A stretch of DNA of 60,479 nt, counting the filler. It is 6 parts of 6 records of this genome, joined end to end, with 100 filler letters (N's around TTAATTAATTAA, not from the genome) between each part and the next. Parts side by side here need not be neighbours in the genome. Positions count along the whole stretch, not along the records: positions 22,008 to 32,842 come from SRR31156797_23459; positions 32,943 to 43,727 come from SRR31156797_23466; 4 more parts are not named here. One strand, given 5' to 3'. A model generated the notes under the pieces. It made no database searches, was not told where the DNA came from, and saw only the letters and a list, made by a program, of their open reading frames with translations. Numbering within the stretch: position 1 is the first letter of the stretch; each line of letters begins with the position of its first letter. Shown one piece after another: positions 28,028 through 38,826 of the stretch. Both the position numbers and the translations under genes were made by a program.

Positions 28028-29605
28028 GTGAAGATACTTACATGGAGAGGAACCCTAATCACGGCGATACTGGCTGCAGCAATGGTATATCTTCTTCCTA
28101 CCTTCTGTTCAGACTGCTGGCCCCACAAGAAAATCAACCTGGGGCTTGATCTCCAGGGCGGAATGAACCTTGTCCTTGAAGTTCAGAATGAAAAAGCCGT
28201 TGAAACAACCGTCGAACGAACCATCCACGAGTTGAAAAAAGAACTGAGAAGCGACAACGTCAAGCACAGGGGAATCTCCCATGATGCGGACAACGCTATC
28301 ACCGCTGTTCTGGAAGGCCAGGATAACATCGACGGCTTCAACAAGATCCTTTCCGATGAATTCGGTTCCCTGGTGGTTGCTTCAACCAAAAAGGACGGAG
28401 AAAAGAGCACCATCACTCTCCGCCTGCCCGACCAGGAGGCCGACAACATCCGCAAGATGGCGACCGAGCAGGCCCTTGAGACCATCCGGAACCGAATCGA
28501 CGAGTTCGGCGTAAGCGAGCCCGACATCCGGATTCAGGGGGAAAACAGGATCCTGGTTCAGCTTCCCGGTGTCACCGACACCCAGCGGGCAAAGGATCTC
28601 ATCGGCAAGACCGCACAGCTCAACTTCCAGCTGGTGGATGAAACCGCTGATGTGGCCACGGCCCTCAAGGGAACCCCGCCTCCGGGAGATGTGATTCTCT
28701 ACCAGGTACACGAGGATCCCACGACCGGACAAGTCAGCAAGACCCCCTTTCTCATCAAGAAACGGGTGCTCCTTGACGGCAGCTCCCTCACCGACGCCCG
28801 GGTAATGATCGACTCCCAGTTCAACGAACCCTATGTCGGCATCGAATTCGACCGCAAGGGCGCCCGGCTGTTTGAGCGGATCACCGGCGAGAACATCAAG
28901 AAACGGCTGGCCATCGTCCTTGACAAGACCGTTTATTCCGCACCCGTGATCCAGGACAGGATCGCCGGCGGAAAAGCCCGAATTACCGGTAACTTCACCA
29001 CCGAGGAGGCAAGGGATCTTGCCATCGCCCTCAGGGCCGGCGCGCTGCCGGCACCCGTGAAGATCATTGAGGAGCGGACCGTAGGCCCGACCCTGGGCGC
29101 CGATTCCATCCGCATGGGCATCATCTCCATGATCATGGGCGGCATCCTTGTGATTTTCTTCATGGCCATCTACTACAAGGGAGCAGGCCTTATTGCCGAT
29201 TTCGCCCTTGTGATGAACATCATCCTCATCGGAGGGGGACTCGCAGCCTTCCAGGCAACCCTGACCCTTCCGGGCATCGCCGGTATCATTCTTACCATCG
29301 GCATGGCCGTGGATGCCAACGTCATCATCTTTGAAAGAATCCGGGAAGAGCTCTTCTCCGGAAAAACACCGGCGGCTGCGGTCCAGGCAGGCTTTGACAG
29401 GGCGGCCCTTACGGTGCTTGATGCCAACGTGACCACCCTCATCGTAGCCATCGTGCTGTTCCAGTTCGGAACAGGACCGGTCAAGGGGTTTGCCGTCACA
29501 CTGGGTCTCGGTATCATCGCAAGTCTCTTTACGGCCCTGGTGCTGTCAAGGAGCTGTTTTGACTTTTTCATTTCCGGGAAAAAGGTATCAACCCTCAGCA
29601 TTTAA
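28028..29605 (+). CDS. secD: protein translocase subunit SecD
   Basis: LGLDLQGG, RID.FGV.EP, VGPTLG, GMAVDANV.IFER. Confidence 0.98.
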   Translation: MKILTWRGTLITAILAAAMVYLLPTFCSDCWPHKKINLGLDLQGGMNLVLEVQNEKAVETTVERTIHELKKELRSDNVKHRGISHDADNAITAVLEGQDNIDGFNKILSDEFGSLVVASTKKDGEKSTITLRLPDQEADNIRKMATEQALETIRNRIDEFGVSEPDIRIQGENRILVQLPGVTDTQRAKDLIGKTAQLNFQLVDETADVATALKGTPPPGDVILYQVHEDPTTGQVSKTPFLIKKRVLLDGSSLTDARVMIDSQFNEPYVGIEFDRKGARLFERITGENIKKRLAIVLDKTVYSAPVIQDRIAGGKARITGNFTTEEARDLAIALRAGALPAPVKIIEERTVGPTLGADSIRMGIISMIMGGILVIFFMAIYYKGAGLIADFALVMNIILIGGGLAAFQATLTLPGIAGIILTIGMAVDANVIIFERIREELFSGKTPAAAVQAGFDRAALTVLDANVTTLIVAIVLFQFGTGPVKGFAVTLGLGIIASLFTALVLSRSCFDFFISGKKVSTLSI

Positions 29606-29622
29606 AAGGAGCTCTCGATTCA

Positions 29623-30651
29623 ATGCAGTTTATAAAACCCGACATCAATTTAGATATCACAGGGAAGAGGAACCTCGGTTTTATCTTCTCCCTTACGCTG
29701 ATCGCGATCACCGTGTTCTCCCTGATAATCCACAAGGGTCCCAACTTCGGCATCGACTTTTCAGGCGGCACCCTGGTCCAGGTGAAATTTTCCCAGCAGC
29801 CGTCCATCAAGGACATCCGCACGGGCCTGGGCCAGGTGAACCTTGAGATCTCATCGGTCCAGAACTTCGGTGCCATCGAGGAGAACGAGTTCCTGATCCG
29901 AACCAGCATGCCCGCCATGACAGGCGAAGGCTTTTCCGAGTCCATGGCGAAAGCCCTGAAAGCCGCAACGGGTATCGAGCCCGAGATCCGACGGATCGAA
30001 ATGGTCGGCCCCCAGGTGGGCAAGGATCTGCGGAAAAAGGCGCTCCTGGCCATGTTCTACTCCCTGCTCTTCATCACCATCTACATCTCGGGCAGGTTTG
30101 AGATGAAATGGATCCTGTCCGGTGTCACGGCAGGCGCCCTCATGACGGCGGTCTACTTTTTGTCGATCTTCAACATGAGCATGGTGATGCTCATCGGCGC
30201 GGCCCTGGTGGTCTCCCTGATCCTGTTCTGGCGACTGGAACTTAAGTTCGCCATGGGCGCCATCGTGGCCCTGATCCACGATGTCACCATCACCGTGGGA
30301 ATTTTTTCCATCCTGGATCTTGAGTTTTCCCTGCCCATCATTGCAGCGCTTCTGACCATCATCGGATACTCCCTTAACGATACGATCATCGTGTTTGACC
30401 GAATCCGCGAAAACATGAAGCAGATGCACAAGGCACCCCTTGAGCAGATCATCAACCGGAGTATCAACGAGACGCTGAGCCGAACCATACTCACATCATT
30501 TACCACCCTTGTGGTACTCTTCTCCCTCTTCTTCCTGGGCGGAGAAATCATCCACAACTTTGCACTTACAATGATCGTGGGTATCATCATCGGTACCTAC
30601 TCGTCCGTATTTGTTGCAAGCCCCATCCTCCTTGCCTGGAGCAAGCGGTAA
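29623..30651 (+). CDS. secF: protein translocase subunit SecF
   Basis: GIDFSGG, VGPQVG, AL.HD, GYSLND.I.VFDRIREN, GTYSS. Confidence 0.98.
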   Translation: MQFIKPDINLDITGKRNLGFIFSLTLIAITVFSLIIHKGPNFGIDFSGGTLVQVKFSQQPSIKDIRTGLGQVNLEISSVQNFGAIEENEFLIRTSMPAMTGEGFSESMAKALKAATGIEPEIRRIEMVGPQVGKDLRKKALLAMFYSLLFITIYISGRFEMKWILSGVTAGALMTAVYFLSIFNMSMVMLIGAALVVSLILFWRLELKFAMGAIVALIHDVTITVGIFSILDLEFSLPIIAALLTIIGYSLNDTIIVFDRIRENMKQMHKAPLEQIINRSINETLSRTILTSFTTLVVLFSLFFLGGEIIHNFALTMIVGIIIGTYSSVFVASPILLAWSKR

Positions 30652-31352
30652 TGCAACAAGGCAAACCAATGGCCTTTATGGCGACGGCATCACTCCTGTT
30701 CGCAGGGGTGATGCTCGCCTCTTGTGCCACGGTTACCCGAAAGCCGGCACCGGAACCCGCGGTTCAAGCGGAAGTTGCGGTGCCCGACGAGACGGAACAG
30801 CTCAACGCGCAGCTGAACGAGATCAAGACCCTTCTCGGGACGATCCAGAACACGCTTTCGTCCCAGGAGCGGTCCATCGGGGAGCTTGAGCAGCGGCTCA
30901 ACGCCCTTGAAAAGCCCAGTCCGACGGCCAAAACGCTCCCCAAAACGACTGCAACCGGTAAGAAGCCCCGGACAAAAACGGATCCGGCGCTTCAATACAA
31001 GACAGCCAGGGGCCTGCTCCTGGAAGAAAATTTCAAGGAAGCCGCAAAACTATTCAAAGACTTTGTAACCCGGCATCCGGATGCTGAACTTGCGGACAAC
31101 GCCCTGTACTGGCTTGCTGAATGCAGCTATTCCATGGGAGAATATCCAAAGGCGATCGAGACATTTAAGGAGCTTGTCGACCGTTATCCCAAAAGGGCAA
31201 AGGTGCCTGACGCACTTCTCAAGACCGCCTACGCTTATCTGAGTCTTGACGACAGTGACAGGGCCCACCACTATCTCAAGCTGGTGGTAAAACGCTACCC
31301 GTTTACCCCGGCCGGGGAAAAGGCTGAGCTGAAACTGAAAGCCTTTCAGTGA
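30651..31352 (+). CDS. cpoB: CpoB/YbgF-like coiled-coil + TPR lipoprotein
   Basis: Lipobox LASC, coiled coil, then ADNALYWLAE, K.PDALLK TPR region. Confidence 0.82.
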   Translation: MQQGKPMAFMATASLLFAGVMLASCATVTRKPAPEPAVQAEVAVPDETEQLNAQLNEIKTLLGTIQNTLSSQERSIGELEQRLNALEKPSPTAKTLPKTTATGKKPRTKTDPALQYKTARGLLLEENFKEAAKLFKDFVTRHPDAELADNALYWLAECSYSMGEYPKAIETFKELVDRYPKRAKVPDALLKTAYAYLSLDDSDRAHHYLKLVVKRYPFTPAGEKAELKLKAFQ

Positions 31353-31439
31353 TCCGCAACCGATGATCACAGCATACAAAACAGGTAAACGTAGCCGGGA
31401 GCGAACCTTTTCGCCCCGGGGACCCCGTTTTATCAACCA

Positions 31440-32585
31440 ATGACCAAAGACATGACCCAAGACTCAAACACACTTCTGCCATGGTTTGTCTTAAAATCAA
31501 TCCCGGGGATTGGCAACCTCCTGTACAAGCGCCTTTTAGACAGATTCAAAACCCCTGAAAAAGCCCTTGCCGCAGGAAAAGACGAGCTTAAAACCATACG
31601 CGGAATTTCCAGAAAAGCGGTCGATGGCATCCTGAACTGCACGGTCATTGGAGAGGCAAAACAGGAACTGGACGGGATCCGTCGCGCCGGTCTCTCCATA
31701 GTGACCCTGAATGACCCGCACTATCCGCCCCTGTTGCGGGAAATTCCCGATCCTCCCCCGTTTTTCACCTACAGGGGCACCCTGGATACGAGCAGTCCCT
31801 GCATCGCCATCGTAGGGTCAAGGAACGCCACCTCCTACGGGCTTGAAACGGCATCACGGCTGGGCCACGACCTTGCACTGTCCGGATTCCAGATCGTAAG
31901 CGGCATGGCAAGGGGCATTGACACTGCGGCCCACTGGGGCGCCCTTAAAGCCACCGGCAAAACCCTTGCAATCCTCGGAAACGGGCTTGCCAGGATCTAT
32001 CCCAGGGAAAACTCCCGGCTCTTCCACGACATCAGCCAAAGGGGAGCCGTTGTGTCGGAATTTCCCCTCGACACCCGGCCCGAGCCCAGAAATTTTCCCA
32101 TACGAAACAGGCTCATAGCAGGCATATCAACCGGAACCATTGTTGTGGAAGCAACCCCCAGAAGCGGTTCCCTGATCACGGCACGGCTTGCCGCAGAGTT
32201 TTCAAGGGAGGTGTTTGCCGTCCCTGGAAGCGTCCACTCCTCCAGGAGCCGCGGCCCCCATGCCCTTATCAAACAGGGCGCGACGCTGGTGGAAAACCAC
32301 ACGGATATCATAGAAGAGCTGCACCACATGGTCCATGCCGAGCCCTTGCCGGCCCAACCCGGTACCACCGGCCCGTCCGGGTCGACCGAAAAAAATCTGC
32401 TTGACACCGTCCAGCAGGCTATCGTATCAATTCTTGAACCCTATCCCCAGCACATCGATGCGATCGTTGACAAAACGAATCACGATATCGGAAGTATTTC
32501 TGCCGCATTGCTGGATCTGGAACTAAAAGGCATAGTACAACAATCTCCGGGAAAACTGTTTTCCATCAAAGAGGAGCAACCGTGA
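31440..32585 (+). CDS. dprA: DNA processing protein DprA
   Basis: AIVGSR, SGMARGIDT, FP.RNR.I.G, SGSL.TA, VFAVPG. Followed by topA. Confidence 0.97.
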   Translation: MTKDMTQDSNTLLPWFVLKSIPGIGNLLYKRLLDRFKTPEKALAAGKDELKTIRGISRKAVDGILNCTVIGEAKQELDGIRRAGLSIVTLNDPHYPPLLREIPDPPPFFTYRGTLDTSSPCIAIVGSRNATSYGLETASRLGHDLALSGFQIVSGMARGIDTAAHWGALKATGKTLAILGNGLARIYPRENSRLFHDISQRGAVVSEFPLDTRPEPRNFPIRNRLIAGISTGTIVVEATPRSGSLITARLAAEFSREVFAVPGSVHSSRSRGPHALIKQGATLVENHTDIIEELHHMVHAEPLPAQPGTTGPSGSTEKNLLDTVQQAIVSILEPYPQHIDAIVDKTNHDIGSISAALLDLELKGIVQQSPGKLFSIKEEQP

Positions 32586-32842
32586 AAAAACCCTTACTCA
32601 TCGTCGAGTCCCCCACCAAGGTGAAGACCCTAAAAAAATACGTTGGCAAGGATTACAACGTGGCCGCCACCGTCGGCCACATAAAGGATCTGCCGCCAAA
32701 GGAACTTGGCATTGACATTGAAAAAGATTTCAAAGCCAAGTACGTAACCATCAAGGGAAAATCCAAGGTGATCCAATCCCTCAAGAGTGCGGCAGGAGAC
32801 ACCGACACCATCTATCTTGCCCCTGACCCCGACCGTGAGGGT
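32582..32842 (+). CDS. topA: DNA topoisomerase I (N-terminal fragment)
   Basis: LIVESP.K, GHIKDLP, YLAPDPDREG TOPRIM motifs. Confidence 0.97.
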
Positions 32843-32942
32843 NNNNNNNNNNNNNNNNNNNNNNNNNNNNNNNNNNNNNNNNNNNNTTAATTAATTAANN
32901 NNNNNNNNNNNNNNNNNNNNNNNNNNNNNNNNNNNNNNNNNN
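32843..32942. other. artificial contig spacer
   Basis: 44 N + TTAATTAATTAA + 44 N. Sharp GC drop after it. Confidence 0.98.
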
Positions 32943-33672
32943 TACTTTGATCATAATCCCCTACACAAAACAGACTTTTCGGTTTAAAGCCATCTAATAT
33001 TTTCCCTTGTAAAGGGTTAGTATCTTGATACTCATCTACTAAAATCTCTTGAAAATCAAACTCTACCTCTTTTTGAAGATCAAGCATATTGGTTAAAAGA
33101 TCATCAAAACTTACATAACCATACTCTTTTTTTAGTTTTGTAAATTCATCTATCACATCTTGATAGATTAAAGCATATCTTTTATGATCATTGTTTTTAT
33201 TTTCTATCCATGTTTCAAAATCTTCATCATTGGTACTATTTAAAAAAAGGCTATAGATATCATAGAGATATCCACCATCATAAGGGTTTGTATCTCCTGT
33301 ATCTACAAAGACTCTTTTTTCATAAATAGATTTAAAAAGGGTTTTAAGCTCCCCTGGTTGTTTTAACGTAAGGTTTTTCTCATAGTGTTTTAAAAGTTTA
33401 TAACTTACACTATGAAAAGTTCCATTGAGGATCTTTTTTGCAGTGGCTTCATCAAAATATTTTGCAACTCTTGAGATCATCTCTGCTGCTGCTTTATTGG
33501 TAAAAGTAAGTAGAAGTATCTGTTCAGGTGCTACTCCATTATTTAAAAGATGCCCAATACGTCCTACAATAGTAGAGGTTTTTCCAGTTCCTGCACTAGC
33601 AATTGTTAGGTTATAGCCTCGTTTTGCAGTGGCAGAAGTAAGTTGTTCAGTGTTTAGATTTGATAGGGGCAT
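32943..33672 (-). CDS. UvrD/Rep-family ATP-dependent helicase (3' truncated)
   Basis: ASAGTGKT, LTFTNKAA, GTFHS, VDEYQDTN, VGDYDQS. Confidence 0.93.
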
Positions 33673-33776
33673 TTATTAGTATATATCCTTGAAGTTTGGA
33701 TGGGATTCTATCATAATGAAAATATAAAACTATTTAAGATACCATATTGGTAAATTATTAGTATATAAGGTAAAAC

Positions 33777-35132
33777 ATGAGTATTTCAGATGAAACGATA
33801 GAAAAGATACGTAAAAGTAATTGTCATACAGACAATACATTTTTTCAAGCTGTTGAAGAGGTTTTAGATAGTTTAAAACCTATTTTAGAAAGTGATCCGA
33901 TCTATAAAAGACATGCTATTTTAGATAGGCTTACTACTCCTGATCGTGAGTTTAAATTTAAAGTTGTATGGATGGATGATAATCAAAACATCAATGTAAA
34001 TACAGGATATAGAGTGCAGTTTAATAATGCTTTAGGACCTTATAAGGGTGGTTTGCGGTTCCATCCAAGTGTAAATAGTGGTATCTTAAAGTTTTTAGGA
34101 TTTGAGCAGATCTTTAAAAACTCTTTGACTGGTCTTCCAATTGGTGGAGCAAAAGGGGGAAGTGATTTTGATCCAAAGGGAAAATCTGATTTTGAGGTGA
34201 TGAAGTTTTGTAGTGCATTTATGACAGAGCTTCATAAACACATAGGACCTCGTATCGATGTTCCTGCTGGGGATATTGGAGTAGGTGGTAGAGAGATTGG
34301 ATATCTTTTTGGTGAATATAAAAAGATCACTTCATCATATGAGGGGGTTTTAACAGGAAAACCTTTTATGTTTGGTGGAAGTCTTATGAGACCAGAAGCT
34401 ACTGGGTATGGATGTGTATATTTTACAGACGAGATGTTAAAGTTTGCAGGAAAAGATGGCTTTGAGGGGCGAATATGTACAGTAAGTGGAGCTGGAAATG
34501 TTGCTATTCATACTATTGAAAAGCTATATAAACTTGGAGCAAAACCTGTAACATGTAGTGATAGTAGAGGAACTATTTATGATGCAAGGGGAATTGATCT
34601 TGATACATTAAAAGATATCAAACTAAAGCGTCGAGAGAGTTTAGAAAAATATCTGACTTCTCATCCTGAAGCAATCTATACAAAGGTAGAGGATTATCCA
34701 GAGGGTGCACATGAAGTGTGGCAGATCCCATGTGATTGTGCTTTTCCAAGTGCTACACAAAATGAGTTGACTGAATTAGATGCAAAAACTTTGGTTGAAA
34801 ATGGTTGTATCTCAGTAAGTGAGGGGGCAAATATGCCATCAACTCCTGAAGCGATCCATGTATTTAAAGCAAATGATATTTTATTTGCTCCTGCAAAAGC
34901 TGCCAATGCTGGAGGCGTTGCTGTAAGTGAGTTTGAGATGTCTCAAAATGCTGGGATGGAGAAATGGACTTATGAGAAAGTGGATCATATGCTTGAAAAG
35001 ACTATGAGACAGATTTGTAAAAGAGTCCATTTAACTGCTGAAGAGTATGGATGTCAAGGAAATTATGTGGATGGTGCAAATATTGCTGGATTTAAAAGAG
35101 TAGCTGATGCTATGATAGCAGAGGGGATTTAA
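33777..35132 (+). CDS. gdhA: NADP-specific glutamate dehydrogenase
   Basis: GPYKGGLRFHP, GGAKGGSDFDP, DVPAGDIG, RPEATGYG, KAANAGGV. Confidence 0.97.
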   Translation: MSISDETIEKIRKSNCHTDNTFFQAVEEVLDSLKPILESDPIYKRHAILDRLTTPDREFKFKVVWMDDNQNINVNTGYRVQFNNALGPYKGGLRFHPSVNSGILKFLGFEQIFKNSLTGLPIGGAKGGSDFDPKGKSDFEVMKFCSAFMTELHKHIGPRIDVPAGDIGVGGREIGYLFGEYKKITSSYEGVLTGKPFMFGGSLMRPEATGYGCVYFTDEMLKFAGKDGFEGRICTVSGAGNVAIHTIEKLYKLGAKPVTCSDSRGTIYDARGIDLDTLKDIKLKRRESLEKYLTSHPEAIYTKVEDYPEGAHEVWQIPCDCAFPSATQNELTELDAKTLVENGCISVSEGANMPSTPEAIHVFKANDILFAPAKAANAGGVAVSEFEMSQNAGMEKWTYEKVDHMLEKTMRQICKRVHLTAEEYGCQGNYVDGANIAGFKRVADAMIAEGI

Positions 35133-35142
35133 CCTTCTGCTT

Positions 35143-37698
35143 TTAATCTCTTCTTATCTCCCTTGAAGGTTTTGCGATATGGAATCCTTGTGCAAAATCT
35201 ATATCGATCTCTCTTAAGATCTCTAAGATCTCTTCATCTTCAACAAACTCTGCAACTGTTTGTACTTCAAGCTCACGAGCTAAAGAAACCATAGATTTTA
35301 CAAAGGCAAGGTCTTTGGGATCTTTTTTAATATTGATGATAAAATCTCCATCTATTTTAATAAAATCGATTGGGAATCTTTTTATATAGTGGAATGACGA
35401 GAATCCAGAACCAAAATCATCAATAGCAAATCTAAATCCTTCAAGTTTCAGGTTTTGTACAAATTTTTCTAAAAGAGAGAAACTTTTTACTGTTTCACGC
35501 TCTGTGATCTCAAAGACAATATTCTCTTTTTTAATATCATATTTATGGGAGAGTTTTACTATTTTATTAATAAATTCACCGATCATTAAAGCTTTTGGAG
35601 AAAGATTAATAAATAAGATACCGCTATAGCTTGTTTGTTTGATTTGGATAAAGGCTTTTTCAATAACCATATAATCCATCTGATGTACGACTCCTAAAGA
35701 CTCTGCTGTTTCAATAAATTTTCCAGCAGGAAGTGTTTCATCGTCTACTTCTATTCTCATAAGAAGCTCATTGATATCCACATGATTTGATTTGATATTT
35801 AATATTGGTTGGAAGTGTGGGATGATTTTTTCATGTTTAATCGCATCAAGTACTACTATTGAATGGTCTTCAAGTTGTTGATGGATCTCTTCAATATCAT
35901 GTTCATCCGGATATCTAATTGCATTTTTTCCTTCATATTTTGCTTTATACATCATTGAATCAGCGATATCAAAAAGCTCTTTAGGATTTTGTGAGTGTTC
36001 AGGGAAAAGAGACAGACCAATAGATACAGTCATACTTGTCTTAGTACCATCAGGAGCTACTAGTTCAAACTCTTTTACTTTTTGTAAAACTCTTTGAGCA
36101 ACAGTATATGCTTCTTTATGTGAAGTCTCTGGGAGAATAATTGTAAATTCATCTCCACCATATCGTGAAAGGATATCTTCATCTCTTTTTGCAACTTCAA
36201 GAAGATCAGCAAAATTTTTTAAGAACTCATCTCCAAAACTATGTCCATAGGTATCATTGATAGGTTTAAAGTTATCACAATCAATCACTAAAATAGCAAA
36301 CTCATACTTATGACGAGCAGCTCTTTTTACTTCATATTCTAAGAGATCTCTAAAAACTCTTTGAGAGAATAATCCAGTTAAAGGATCTCTAGTAGCATAG
36401 AATTCAAGATGTTCTGTATATTTATTGATCGCTTTAATTGAGCCTACAAGGTTAAGTAAGGTTGTAAGAATAGAATCGATCACAATAGAGTGGATAGAGT
36501 CTTTATTAAGATTTGATTGGACTCCAAGACCAACGATCCCACCAATTTTTGGAGCATCTAGAAGAATAGATTTTGCTTCATGTTCTATATCATCCGTATC
36601 TAAAGTGATAAGACATTTATCTTCATATGAAATATTATGATTGATAAAATAGTCCATAACAGTTGTATGATGGTGATCATAGATCATCATTTTAGCAATT
36701 TTTGTAAGATGGTTTTGAAGATCTTTTGATGGTTTTTGATTCCAAAATATCTCTATCTCATATTGCTCATTTTCTGTTTTAAAAATAGTAATAAGACAAT
36801 GTACTGGCAGGACAAGATTGATCTCATTTAAAAGATCTTTAATATACTCTTTCCAGTCTTTAATAACATCAGATGTAATAACCATCTTATCAAGAAGTTT
36901 TACTTCAAACTCTAAGATATCTTTATCCACAGCGATATTTTTTAGCTTGTCACTTAAAGTTACTAGTCCATTGGTGATCTTATGAAACTCTTGAAATGTG
37001 TTTTCATTATTACTCATAGTGATATTTTTAAAGTCTTTTACACTATTGACATCTTCGATTTTTCCTTCAAATTGATTAATTGAGCGTTGGATTTTTTTAA
37101 GAAGATGAGCTGAAATAAAATATGAGATCAGTAAAAAAACTGGGAAGATAAATAAAGAGAGTAAAAAATAATTGTATTTTGTTTCATCAATAATCTCTTT
37201 AAAACTATAGTTGATCTCCACAGCTCCAAGGATATCTTGTTCTTTTACATTGACATGGCATTGTAGACATTCAGTATTGGCTAAAATTGGGGTGATGATT
37301 TTTGTTTCACCATCTTTATTAGAAAAAAGTTTATTTTTTGTTTGGAAAACTATTTGGACATCATTTGATATCTTAGGTTGGTTGATCTTCCCATACAAGG
37401 CTTCCACCTTAGCTCCTCTAAAGATATCAACCTCATAGCTACTCCCTTCAAAAGAGTTTTTAGTCTCAGAAATAAACTCTTCAAGCTCCTCTCTTATCCA
37501 TCCTTTTCTCATAACTTGATACATAGAGTTAAACACTTGTTTTGAAAGAGCTTCAGAGATTTTATGGTTTTCTTCAAGAGCTAGTTTGATATGAATATAA
37601 GAAGAGAAAAAGTAAAAAACAAAAAAAAGCAATAGAGTAATTAAGAGTATAGAGACTCTAAAATAATTTTTAAGGGTTTTTATGAACATCGAGAACAC
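35143..37698 (-). CDS. membrane-bound GGDEF-EAL protein with a periplasmic CxxCH motif
   Basis: Two TMs, CLQCH, RYGGDEF, ELLMR, FEITE, DDFGSG, IKIDG. The start may be the ATG at 37689. Confidence 0.93.
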   Translation of the reverse strand: MFSMFIKTLKNYFRVSILLITLLLFFVFYFFSSYIHIKLALEENHKISEALSKQVFNSMYQVMRKGWIREELEEFISETKNSFEGSSYEVDIFRGAKVEALYGKINQPKISNDVQIVFQTKNKLFSNKDGETKIITPILANTECLQCHVNVKEQDILGAVEINYSFKEIIDETKYNYFLLSLFIFPVFLLISYFISAHLLKKIQRSINQFEGKIEDVNSVKDFKNITMSNNENTFQEFHKITNGLVTLSDKLKNIAVDKDILEFEVKLLDKMVITSDVIKDWKEYIKDLLNEINLVLPVHCLITIFKTENEQYEIEIFWNQKPSKDLQNHLTKIAKMMIYDHHHTTVMDYFINHNISYEDKCLITLDTDDIEHEAKSILLDAPKIGGIVGLGVQSNLNKDSIHSIVIDSILTTLLNLVGSIKAINKYTEHLEFYATRDPLTGLFSQRVFRDLLEYEVKRAARHKYEFAILVIDCDNFKPINDTYGHSFGDEFLKNFADLLEVAKRDEDILSRYGGDEFTIILPETSHKEAYTVAQRVLQKVKEFELVAPDGTKTSMTVSIGLSLFPEHSQNPKELFDIADSMMYKAKYEGKNAIRYPDEHDIEEIHQQLEDHSIVVLDAIKHEKIIPHFQPILNIKSNHVDINELLMRIEVDDETLPAGKFIETAESLGVVHQMDYMVIEKAFIQIKQTSYSGILFINLSPKALMIGEFINKIVKLSHKYDIKKENIVFEITERETVKSFSLLEKFVQNLKLEGFRFAIDDFGSGFSSFHYIKRFPIDFIKIDGDFIINIKKDPKDLAFVKSMVSLARELEVQTVAEFVEDEEILEILREIDIDFAQGFHIAKPSREIRRD

Positions 37699-37782
37699 CT
37701 TGTTGTATTATATAGTAATCTAGATTGTAATAAAAATTTTATTTACTTTTGCTAAAGTTTATGAAAAAATTATTATCTTTAC

Positions 37783-38826
37783 TTATAGTTTACAAATAAG
37801 GTTTGCTACGTTCACACTACTACCATTTTTAAGATATTCTCTTAGTATTTTTGAATTGTTTAAGAAATTTTTTTGATCAAGTGAATGATACTCTTTTAAA
37901 AGATTTTCTACAGTGACCTCTTCTTGGATCAATTCTGCATGGATAGGCTCTTCCCCCATTTTATCAAAGAATATATTAGCAAGCCCAATATATTTGATCT
38001 TTACAAGTTTTTTAGCAATAAAATAGTCTACTTTTTTGGCGATATAGCTTAGAACAAAAGGAGTTCCAATAAGTGCAGCTTCTAAAGTAGCAGTGCCACT
38101 ACAGATAAAAGCAAAGTCCACTTCTTGTAAAGTGGTATGGGTATCATTTGATATCTCAAATTCACTAATATCTCCATATATTTCATCAATATACTCTTTA
38201 GTAAATTTAGGAGGGATGATCAAGATAGGTTTTACATCAAGTTTTTTAATAAGTTCTTTATAGATAGGAAGAAGTTTTGTGATCTCACCTTTTCGACTTC
38301 CTGGCATAAATGCTATTTTATTAGTTTTTGTCAATTCTTCTTTAAAGTGTTGAATTTCATCTAAAAGAGGATGCCCTACATAATGGATCATCTCTTTTTT
38401 ATTATAATGATCTTTTTCAAAAGGAAGAATTGAACATAAAGTATCACAGTATTTTTCTATTTTAGGAATTCTCTTTTTTTTCCAAGCCCATGCTTGTGGA
38501 AGGATATAGTAAATAACTTCTTTTTTGGGATCAAGTTGTTTGACCTTTTTTGCTAAAGGGAGATTGAATCCTGAAGAATCCATTAGTAAAACTTTATCTG
38601 CTTGACGCGATAGCTCAGCCATCTCCTTATTCAAGCGGAGAAAAAAACGAAGTTTTTTTAAAGCATCCACAAATCCCATAACTGCAAGATCACTAATATC
38701 ATAGGTTGGATTCCCAAGTTTTTTACCAAATATCCCTATAAGCTCTACATCTTTTGGAAGATGTTTACATAACTCTTCAAGGTGAAGATTTGATGAGGTT
38801 TCAAGGGCACAGACTAAAAGTTTCAT
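37783..38826 (-). CDS. lpxB: lipid-A-disaccharide synthase
   Basis: ALE.S.N, AVMGF, PQ.WAW, VGHPL, PGSR..E, SGTATLE. Confidence 0.95.
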   Translation of the reverse strand: MKLLVCALETSSNLHLEELCKHLPKDVELIGIFGKKLGNPTYDISDLAVMGFVDALKKLRFFLRLNKEMAELSRQADKVLLMDSSGFNLPLAKKVKQLDPKKEVIYYILPQAWAWKKKRIPKIEKYCDTLCSILPFEKDHYNKKEMIHYVGHPLLDEIQHFKEELTKTNKIAFMPGSRKGEITKLLPIYKELIKKLDVKPILIIPPKFTKEYIDEIYGDISEFEISNDTHTTLQEVDFAFICSGTATLEAALIGTPFVLSYIAKKVDYFIAKKLVKIKYIGLANIFFDKMGEEPIHAELIQEEVTVENLLKEYHSLDQKNFLNNSKILREYLKNGSSVNVANLICKL

